63,905 bases of DNA, from the IMG/VR virus record IMGVR_UViG_3300023180_000052, positions 1 through 63,905 of that record. One strand, 5' to 3'. This document shows positions 47,891 through 55,762 of the stretch, piece after piece; position 1 is the stretch's first letter; the number at the start of each line of letters is the position of its first letter. The position numbers were made by a program, and so were the translations under genes. The notes under the pieces are model-generated. The model did not search any database. It worked only from the letters and a program-made list of their open reading frames with translations, and was not told the origin of the DNA. Source of the stretch: a virus. Taxonomy: Duplodnaviria > Caudoviricetes.

Positions 47891-49507
47891 ATGACTGCTA
47901 TTTCACTTAGAGGCGAACTAATCCGAGTAGCTTATGAACATGAGGGTGTTCGAGCTTTAATTTTACCTATCCTTACAAGTAGGGTTGCAAGTACGGAAGT
48001 TAGTTTAAAAGCGAGGGCTATTAGACTAGCGTATGCTCACCCTGAGTTGAGAGGTTTAGTCTTACCTTGTATTAAAGTTGCCGATACAAGAAAGCGTATG
48101 AACCAACAGAGGAAGAAGAATCAGCAAAGGTCTGAGCGATCTAAAAAGAGAGATGCTGAAATCGCTGAGAATAATGCGGCGAGAGACGCTACCAAAGCAG
48201 GTGAGGGTTTAGTTGAGGCTCTAGGTAAAGGCTACAAAGTACCTTGGAAACATGGTCGTAGAGGTGAGATTACCTTAAAGACTCTTATTTCTTATGCAGG
48301 GGACAAAAACCACCCTAAAAGACAAGAAGCTCAAAAGCTCGTAGAGCAACTTAGGAAAAAACAAAGGAATGACAGAATTAAAGGTGCGATTAAAGACACC
48401 TCTAAGAAAGCCCTAGCAGGAGCGAGCCGACTTTTAGCTGAGGGTGTTAAAGCAGGTCTAGGAGCCGCTTCTGAGCTTTCAGATGGTATCGGAAACATGA
48501 TCTTAAGTGGTTCAAGAACACCAGGCGAAATAATGTCAGAAGCCGTAGGAAAGATTTCTGAGCAACTTGAAAAAGATAAAGCTAAGAATGAAGGTCATTA
48601 TAATCAAGCTATGCAAAGCTTAGGCGTTCAAGACTTCCAATCTGCGAGTTCAATGATGATGGCAGGTAAAAAAGTCGGTATGGGTATGATGAAGACGGCA
48701 GGGGCTAAAATAGGTTCGGCAGGGGTAGGTGCTCTTAAGGGGGCAGGTGAAGCCGCTATGGGTGGTGTGGGTTCGGGTGCTCTTTGGATAGCAGGAGGTG
48801 CTTTCAAAGCTCTTGGAGGAGGACTTAAAGTCTTACAAAAGGGTGCAGAAGTCGCAGATAGAGTCAAACTTGCGAGCGATGTTGACGCTACTGTAGACGA
48901 GTTACTTGACAATATTTCTGAATATCTTGGAGAGATCGGTCCAAATGAGTTGGAAGCTCTTGAGCCATATATTCAAGATGACGGTAACTTTGACGTAGAA
49001 GCCTTTAACAAGGATTTAGAGGAGCAAGGTGCTGAAGCAATCAAAGCTCTTGAAGAATACTTGAGTGAGGTTGTTGAAGACGAGGAAGATTCTGAGGAGA
49101 CAGAGGAGACAGAGGAGACAGAGGAAGCTGAGGAAGATTCTGAGGAAGCTGAGGAGGTAGAGGAAGCTGAGGAAGCTGAGGAAGCTGAGGAGACAGAGGA
49201 AGCTGAGGAGATAGAGGAAGATTCTGAGGAAGCTGAGGAGACAGAGGAAGCTGAGGAGACAGAGGAAGCTGAGGAGACAGAGGAAGCTGAGGAAGATTCT
49301 GAGGAGACAGAGGAAGCTGAGGGTGTTTCCGATGAGGCGAAAGCTAAGGCGAACGAAGCTATCCAAAAGGCTCTGTCTAAGAAAGCTCTCGTCAGAGTTG
49401 CTTACGAGAACCCCAAGTATAGACCTGTTCTTCTTGATCTGATTAAAGACGGAAGAAATAGATACCCTGCTTCTGAGATTAGAAGCGTGTTAATGAGTGC
49501 TTTATAA
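47891..49507 (+). CDS. Protein with three AY tags and a Glu-rich repeat
   Basis: LIRVAYEH, IRLAYAHPELR, LVRVAYENPKYR. Confidence 0.75.
   Translation: MTAISLRGELIRVAYEHEGVRALILPILTSRVASTEVSLKARAIRLAYAHPELRGLVLPCIKVADTRKRMNQQRKKNQQRSERSKKRDAEIAENNAARDATKAGEGLVEALGKGYKVPWKHGRRGEITLKTLISYAGDKNHPKRQEAQKLVEQLRKKQRNDRIKGAIKDTSKKALAGASRLLAEGVKAGLGAASELSDGIGNMILSGSRTPGEIMSEAVGKISEQLEKDKAKNEGHYNQAMQSLGVQDFQSASSMMMAGKKVGMGMMKTAGAKIGSAGVGALKGAGEAAMGGVGSGALWIAGGAFKALGGGLKVLQKGAEVADRVKLASDVDATVDELLDNISEYLGEIGPNELEALEPYIQDDGNFDVEAFNKDLEEQGAEAIKALEEYLSEVVEDEEDSEETEETEETEEAEEDSEEAEEVEEAEEAEEAEETEEAEEIEEDSEEAEETEEAEETEEAEETEEAEEDSEETEEAEGVSDEAKAKANEAIQKALSKKALVRVAYENPKYRPVLLDLIKDGRNRYPASEIRSVLMSAL
49082..49321 (+). 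repeat. 9/12-bp coding tandem array (EEA/EET/EEDS)
   Basis: gaggaagct, gaggagaca, gaggaagattct units. Confidence 0.95.
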
Positions 49508-49938
49508 TGAGTACGACCAAGTTAAAGCGAGAGCTACTACAATACTTTAACTCATTTCCTGATGAGGTGAGAGATGTATTAGCCCCTCGTGTAGATACCA
49601 CATTAAGAAATGCACTAGCGAAAGCTCGTACAGGTATGATTATTCGCCCTGGGGCGAACAATCTTAGAATTGAGGGTCTTCCTAAAATTACAGGTTCTCA
49701 CCTCTTAGAAATCAAGGCTCACAAGAATCTCCAACTAGAGGGTCTTAGAGTTGTCAGAGCTGAGACAGACCCGACTTTCAGTGCTGGTGTCTTATTTCAT
49801 CTTTCTTTACCTTTTAGGATAGAAATAGAGGACACAACCTATAAGCCCATACTTCGGGTAACAGAAGCCTTGAAGGTGGACTTAAAGTTCTCAGATGAGA
49901 TCAATGACATCTATTTCGACTACTTGAGTGATCTTTAA
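49507..49938 (+). CDS. Hypothetical protein, paralogue A
   Basis: Ends DLKFSDEINDIYFDYLSDL. Confidence 0.7.
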   Translation: MSTTKLKRELLQYFNSFPDEVRDVLAPRVDTTLRNALAKARTGMIIRPGANNLRIEGLPKITGSHLLEIKAHKNLQLEGLRVVRAETDPTFSAGVLFHLSLPFRIEIEDTTYKPILRVTEALKVDLKFSDEINDIYFDYLSDL

Positions 49939-49947
49939 GGTAGTGAT

Positions 49948-50418
49948 ATGCGTTGGACGTTGAATCGGTCATTAAGAATACTTTCTAATGAGTTGGAAGC
50001 TTACTTGATTACTTTCCCTAAAGAACTCTTTTCTATGGTGGAAGAAATAGTAGACTCTAACGATTTCAAAAAAGAAGTAGACGATGCCCTCAACTACCCA
50101 CATGGTCCGAATCAGTATCAGAATGGTCTTTTTAACTTTATCAATTTACCCGTACCAAGGCTAAGTGAAAGCTTCTCTTGGCGTATTGATAGCGTTGATC
50201 GAAATATCCACTTTATAAGTGTTATAGACCTTAAAGAAGTTCCAACATTTCAAGCAGAGGTCGAGCTTGGCATTTCTTTTGAGATGACTTTGATTTATTG
50301 GGCTAATGGTAGAGCGAGGCACACTATTTCAGTAGAGACTAAGATACCCATTTCTCTTGATTTGAAGTTTTCAGATAAGATTAATGACATATATTTCGAT
50401 CATTTGAGTGATCTTTAG
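49948..50418 (+). CDS. Hypothetical protein, paralogue B
   Basis: Ends DLKFSDKINDIYFDHLSDL. Confidence 0.7.
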   Translation: MRWTLNRSLRILSNELEAYLITFPKELFSMVEEIVDSNDFKKEVDDALNYPHGPNQYQNGLFNFINLPVPRLSESFSWRIDSVDRNIHFISVIDLKEVPTFQAEVELGISFEMTLIYWANGRARHTISVETKIPISLDLKFSDKINDIYFDHLSDL

Positions 50419-50429
50419 GGGGGCTAGAT

Positions 50430-52814
50430 ATGAGAAGAAAACACGCAGACTTTTACAGGGAAGTTTCCCCTCCCGACTCACTTTCTTCTCTTTCAAATGG
50501 CTCACCCGTCTCTGTTTCTGAGAACCCTGACGGCACTAGCTCGCACAGTGCTTTGCCAAATGGCGAGGTGGCTCGAAATATAGGCAGACCCTCACCTGAC
50601 TCTCCGAATCTGAAATATAGAAATCTTGATCGAGCAGAAGCCAATGGGAGAACACCTGCTGAGGGTCAAGACTTCGGCTATGTGCATGATAGTGGTAGTG
50701 GTTCAGCGAGAGTAATCCCTTATGATAGTGGTTTCACTAACAACGGGTCTGCGATAAGAAAAGCAGGTCTGACGGGTACTTTAGAGCAGTCGCTGAGATC
50801 ACTAGAAGAAAGATTAGAGAGTCGCTATCAAGGTCTTGTTTTGATGACGAGCCTCTTATCGGGTGGGGACGAGTACGAGCCTCCCATTGTCAGGATTATG
50901 ACAGTTCAGATTCCCGCTGATAGCCGAAAGCAAGGCTTGGGGTCAGAGGTCATGTTTCAGATTATTTCTTGGGCTGATGGTCATGGGGTTATGCTATCTC
51001 TTTCTCCCTCGACAGACTTTGGTGCGAGTTCTGTTTCTCGTTTGACTAAGTTTTACAGGAGGTTTGGGTTCAAGCCCAACAAGGGCAGAAACAAAGACTT
51101 CAGAACAAGAGACACCATGCTCAGAAACCCTTCTCTGAGAAAGAGTTCTGCCACTTACAAGATGCCTCGTAAGTGGGATAGAGAGCATTGTGAGTCTAAA
51201 CCCTGTGACGAGATGGGTTTCTCTGAGAAGGCTTCTTGTCGTCCATATGTTGACTGTTATGGGGATAAAACAGGGTCTAACAGACAAGATATGATCTCTA
51301 AGGGTAAGCAAGCGTCTTCTAAAGCTAAACTTAGGTATTTAGGTTCAGAAAGTGGAGTGATGCCTTACGACTTCTACTTTATGCGAGTAGAGAATGACTA
51401 TTACTATCACTACACATATAGAGATCGTGCTGAGGAAATAATTGAAGACGGCTTTTTAAGACCTAACTTCTATAAAGATCAGCCTGGTGCTGTTGGAGCT
51501 TTTGCTATTTCGGGTTCTTATGGGCAAGAGGTCACAAGTCTCCAAGTCAGTGGTTCTAGGAAAGACCACATGGACAAAATCGTAGCTCTTAAATTCAAGA
51601 CTCGGACAGAGCCGAAGTATGGATTTCCTGAAGAAGTGAAATGGGATAAACCTGTGAAGCTCATTAAGCCTGAGATTGTAAGTGTCTCGGAAGTCATTTC
51701 TGATTTAAGGAAGAATGAGGACTTGGGGGAGTACTTCAAAGTTTTTTACGACTTTAAGGAAGCGATTGAGATCAAAAAGAAATATGGTCAATCTTCAAGG
51801 GTTGCGTCACGCTATTTGGAGTCAGCGAAGCGAGATGATTCTAAACTGAAAAACACAGGGCATGGGGGCTTAGATACTTGGTTTGCAGGGCATGGTGGTG
51901 GTAAACCCGATGAGAGAGCAACTTGGGGTGATTGGATAGCGATCACACCGATAAAACACACGATAAAAAAAGAAGACGGGGAAGATAAGACTTATGACGC
52001 AGGAGACATTGTTGGCCCATGTGCCGTATCTAGTGAACCAAGTTGGAAAAGCGTTACAAACGGAGGAAAGAACCCCCTTAAATGTATGCCTAGAGACAAA
52101 GCCCACGACCTCACGAAAGAGCAGAGGGCTACGTTGGCTCGTAAGAAGAGGCGTGAGGAGAGCAAAGCTAAAGATGGGCAGAAGCCCGTTCACACCCCTA
52201 CTTTTTCTGAAAAGGGCAAAGAGATGATTGAGAAAAAATCTTCCAAGGTGCAACATAAAGTTAAGTTTGATCCTACAGGAAATAACAAGCTAGACATAGC
52301 TCTAGCTCTTGCTCATTCCAAAAAGCAAGGCTTCATTTCTCTTGTGGGGCATGATGTGTATGAAGACATTATTGCAGGTATTTTAGCAGATGCTCATACC
52401 ATGCTTTACACACGAAATTTAGACGTTGGTCGCTATCAGAATATTAGACCTTATAACATTTCTATTTTTCAATGGAAGAAAGACTACGAGCGTTTGAATG
52501 TTCAAAAGTCTAGGTACAGAGCAGGCAACGCTCACATATGGGGTGAAGCACCTAAGATTTGGGTAGAAGCTGCTACTTTAGGTGCAGAACTCAAAGTAGA
52601 AATGGAAGGGAGTCAACCTTCCATAAAAGGGGAGGTAAAGGTTCATTTCCCCATCACATATACGATACTTGAAGATCGAGGAGCTCACCCTTATAGATTA
52701 ATAGAAAGAGAGGGGATAAAGTTTTACAGTACAATTCCAATAGAAATAAATCTTAGAAATAGCGATGCTTTTAATCGTCTTTATTTAAGTTGGTTAGAAG
52801 GTAACTTTGACTGA
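50430..52814 (+). CDS. Polyprotein-like: GNAT acetyltransferase plus several small domains
   Basis: RKQGLGSEVM and FYRRFGF GNAT motifs; YHYT..IIEDGFLRP; Cys-rich mini-domains. Confidence 0.7.
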   Translation: MRRKHADFYREVSPPDSLSSLSNGSPVSVSENPDGTSSHSALPNGEVARNIGRPSPDSPNLKYRNLDRAEANGRTPAEGQDFGYVHDSGSGSARVIPYDSGFTNNGSAIRKAGLTGTLEQSLRSLEERLESRYQGLVLMTSLLSGGDEYEPPIVRIMTVQIPADSRKQGLGSEVMFQIISWADGHGVMLSLSPSTDFGASSVSRLTKFYRRFGFKPNKGRNKDFRTRDTMLRNPSLRKSSATYKMPRKWDREHCESKPCDEMGFSEKASCRPYVDCYGDKTGSNRQDMISKGKQASSKAKLRYLGSESGVMPYDFYFMRVENDYYYHYTYRDRAEEIIEDGFLRPNFYKDQPGAVGAFAISGSYGQEVTSLQVSGSRKDHMDKIVALKFKTRTEPKYGFPEEVKWDKPVKLIKPEIVSVSEVISDLRKNEDLGEYFKVFYDFKEAIEIKKKYGQSSRVASRYLESAKRDDSKLKNTGHGGLDTWFAGHGGGKPDERATWGDWIAITPIKHTIKKEDGEDKTYDAGDIVGPCAVSSEPSWKSVTNGGKNPLKCMPRDKAHDLTKEQRATLARKKRREESKAKDGQKPVHTPTFSEKGKEMIEKKSSKVQHKVKFDPTGNNKLDIALALAHSKKQGFISLVGHDVYEDIIAGILADAHTMLYTRNLDVGRYQNIRPYNISIFQWKKDYERLNVQKSRYRAGNAHIWGEAPKIWVEAATLGAELKVEMEGSQPSIKGEVKVHFPITYTILEDRGAHPYRLIEREGIKFYSTIPIEINLRNSDAFNRLYLSWLEGNFD

Positions 52815-52861
52815 CCCTCATTGGTAATGTGGTTGTGTTCAATCTTAGTAAAGGAAATAAT

Positions 52862-53908
52862 ATGAGACATACGATTGCAGAGTACATTTGGATTGATGGT
52901 GGCAACCCCACCTCTCGTGTTCGTTCAAAAACAAAAGTCCTACCTCACATTTCTGAGGACAGTCTTTCAGGGCGTAGTCTTTTAGAGCAACTTCCCGAAT
53001 GGTCATTTGACGGGTCTTCTACTATGCAGGCAGAGGGTGGTTCTTCAGATTGTATTCTGAAGCCTGTCTTTGTTACGAGTGACCCTATTCGTGGTGGCTT
53101 TGATAATTTTCTTGTTCTCTGCGAGGTTTTCACAAGTGATGGAAAGCCCCACCCTACAAATACGAGAGCGAAGTTGAGAGAGCTTTTAGAAGCTAACTCT
53201 GACTTGGGAGCTTGGATTGGTTTTGAGCAAGAGTACACACTTTTTGAGGGTTCTCGACCTCTAGGTTTTCCCTCAGAAAGACGCTTCCCTCCTGCTCAAG
53301 GGCCATACTACTGTGGCGTAGGTTCTGATGAAGTTTCGGGTAGAGGCATGGTAGAAGATCATCTTAGGAAATGTATTTCTGCTGAGTTGTCTATACAGGG
53401 AGTAAACGCAGAAGTAATGCCAGGTCAATGGGAGTTTCAGATTGGTGGACCTGACATTGACCCTTTGCGAGCAAGTGATGAGCTTTGGGTAGCTCGTTGG
53501 TTGCTTTATCGTATTGGTGAGGATTACAACATTTCTGCGACTCTTGACCCAAAGCCCGTGACGGGAGATTGGAATGGTGCAGGTATGCACACTAATTTCT
53601 CGACTAATAAGACTAGAGCTGAAGGCGGAATGGCAGCTATCGAAAAAGTCATGGACTATCTCGCAGGAAATATTTCCGAGCATTTAGCAGAGTATGGTGA
53701 TGGCTACGAGATCAGACTTACAGGCAAACACGAGACTTGTCGCTACGATGAGTTCAAGTGGGGCGTGTCTGATCGTACAGCGAGCGTCAGAATTCCTGTG
53801 ACAACAGCTCGTGATGGTCATGGCTATTTCGAGGACAGACGACCTAACTCAAACGCAGACCCTTATAGAGTTTCTCTTGCCTTAGTTAAGGCAGTTATTT
53901 CAGCTTAG
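52862..53908 (+). CDS. glnII: Glutamine synthetase type II
   Basis: EYIWIDG, WSFDGSST, GFEQEY, QGPYYCGVG, NAEVMPGQWEFQ, DWNGAGMHTNFS, RLTGKHET, YFEDRRP. Confidence 0.95.
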   Translation: MRHTIAEYIWIDGGNPTSRVRSKTKVLPHISEDSLSGRSLLEQLPEWSFDGSSTMQAEGGSSDCILKPVFVTSDPIRGGFDNFLVLCEVFTSDGKPHPTNTRAKLRELLEANSDLGAWIGFEQEYTLFEGSRPLGFPSERRFPPAQGPYYCGVGSDEVSGRGMVEDHLRKCISAELSIQGVNAEVMPGQWEFQIGGPDIDPLRASDELWVARWLLYRIGEDYNISATLDPKPVTGDWNGAGMHTNFSTNKTRAEGGMAAIEKVMDYLAGNISEHLAEYGDGYEIRLTGKHETCRYDEFKWGVSDRTASVRIPVTTARDGHGYFEDRRPNSNADPYRVSLALVKAVISA

Positions 53909-53957
53909 TTCTTCTATATCCGTCAAGTTTAAGAAATGACGGATATAGGAGTTCAAG

Positions 53958-54164
53958 ATGAAAGAAGATAAAGACCCTCATACAACCACTCAGCCTGTGA
54001 TTCTGATTGGTGTAGATCGTCAAGAAGCCCCTGAGTTTGAAAAGCTTACTGTCATTGTAGAAGATGAAACAGGGCTGAAAGTGACTGAAAGTCATTACAA
54101 TGGTATAGTCTCTGTGGAAATGAGAAATGACCGACTTTTGATTTATGTCTCTAAAAAGGGATAG
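53958..54164 (+). CDS. Hypothetical protein
   Basis: AGGAG RBS. Confidence 0.55.
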   Translation: MKEDKDPHTTTQPVILIGVDRQEAPEFEKLTVIVEDETGLKVTESHYNGIVSVEMRNDRLLIYVSKKG

Positions 54165-54173
54165 GAGATTCTT

Positions 54174-55286
54174 ATGTTTCAGCACTTAACTTTAGCAGTT
54201 CGAGATAGGGTTATAAAAGAGCTTAGAGACTATTGGTCAGACCACCCTAGATACCCTGATTTTGCTCAGAATATACAGGGGAAATATAGCTTTGATGAGC
54301 GACCTCAGTTTGGCATGGTAGTTCGTACAGGAGGGGCAAACAATGTAGTTTTAAGCCCCGATAACTTCATAGGCACAGTTGAGGGTTATGTCTCTCTCGC
54401 TAAGATACCGAGCAAGCCTTATGGTGGTTCAATCGAGTGGGTCAGAGAAGATGTAAATGGTGCTCCTAAGAATCCTGGCGTTTATGTCTTTTCAGTTTAT
54501 GAGGCTGAGGGTGTAGACCCTGCTACCCGACAGCATGATGTGTATTATCAAAGGTATCGTAGGGCAGTAGAGACTGAGTTGATGTTTACAAGCCCCTCAG
54601 AAATAATGTTAGCAGGCGAGCCGATTGAGGAATCTTTGAGGTTGATTGAAGACCCTTCAGGTCGCAATCTTGGGGCTTCAGAGTTTGCTGTAAATGGGTC
54701 TATGGTTACGCTCGCTGAGGAAGTACCTAGAGGACTCAAACTAAAAGCTCTCTACACCGAGAAGATGGAGCAACAAGGTCCATTCAGAGTCAAACCTGCG
54801 ACTGCATACAGAAATATCATTGAGGGTGTCGTGGTTGTCTTTGGGAGAAGACTTCGAGTAGGTGACGAAATGGCTGTGATTGTAGCAGAAGGTCGGGAGG
54901 AAATAGCTCACGAGTATGGGGGTCGTTGGGACGTAAGTGTGGACATAGACTTAATTACAAGAGATGTTCACTCACAAGCAGATATAGCAGACCAAACAGC
55001 GATATGGTTATGGGCGAACCTTAGACCCAAGCTCGCTAACTTGGGGTTAGATATTTCTGATGTCTCTCTAGGTGGCGAAGCTGAAGAAGTTTATGATGAT
55101 AATGGAGATGATTATTTCTATACGGCAAGTATGAGCTTCTCAATGCAGGTAGATTGGTTTATACATTTCCCGTTAGTTATCCCGATTCAGAGTGCTTTTG
55201 AAAGGGGTATTGTTTTAGAACCTTTAAGTCAACCGATAACAGGGATTGGAAATAGATCGGCTGACTTTATTCAGCGTCTTTTATAG
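54174..55286 (+). CDS. Probable neck or tail-completion protein
   Basis: Beta-rich, upstream of the sheath gene; inference. Confidence 0.45.
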   Translation: MFQHLTLAVRDRVIKELRDYWSDHPRYPDFAQNIQGKYSFDERPQFGMVVRTGGANNVVLSPDNFIGTVEGYVSLAKIPSKPYGGSIEWVREDVNGAPKNPGVYVFSVYEAEGVDPATRQHDVYYQRYRRAVETELMFTSPSEIMLAGEPIEESLRLIEDPSGRNLGASEFAVNGSMVTLAEEVPRGLKLKALYTEKMEQQGPFRVKPATAYRNIIEGVVVVFGRRLRVGDEMAVIVAEGREEIAHEYGGRWDVSVDIDLITRDVHSQADIADQTAIWLWANLRPKLANLGLDISDVSLGGEAEEVYDDNGDDYFYTASMSFSMQVDWFIHFPLVIPIQSAFERGIVLEPLSQPITGIGNRSADFIQRLL

Positions 55287-55325
55287 TTCGTCTATCTTTA
55301 GTGGGATAGATAGAAGGAGACTCCT

Positions 55326-55760
55326 ATGCCTATACTCAGATTTCAATGTTCATCATGTGGCTTATCCTCAAAGAAGAGGGTGAGCAGAGGTACGGAAAGT
55401 GCCAAGTGTGATTGTGGTCAGCAAGCATACTTAGATGGACATATTTCTGCGTCAGTCGGGTTCACCTCTAATGTAGATCAGAGTTTGAAAGTGCAAACCA
55501 CAGGTGTGGATTCTTTTGACTTGGACTTTGATCGAGTTATTGGGGAAGATGCTCGTCAGAAATGGGAGCAAATCTATCAACGTCGCAGGGATAAGTGGGA
55601 CTTGATCGAAAAGCACAAAGTATCGGGTCAAGACTTGATACGCATGGAAGATCAAACCTACGAGGTCTTGCCTGAAATGGGAACTAATCTTCGTACTAGT
55701 AGAATGTCTGCTATGGAAAACATTAAGTCTGAAAATTCTAACACTCAACAGGAGAAATAA
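55326..55760 (+). CDS. FmdB-like zinc-ribbon protein
   Basis: MPILRFQCSSCG ... CDCG. Confidence 0.7.
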   Translation: MPILRFQCSSCGLSSKKRVSRGTESAKCDCGQQAYLDGHISASVGFTSNVDQSLKVQTTGVDSFDLDFDRVIGEDARQKWEQIYQRRRDKWDLIEKHKVSGQDLIRMEDQTYEVLPEMGTNLRTSRMSAMENIKSENSNTQQEK

Positions 55761-55762
55761 TT

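Noticed and set aside
49016-49366. Hydrophobic LCLLSF-repeat ORF on the minus strand
   Set aside because: Reverse complement of the Glu array
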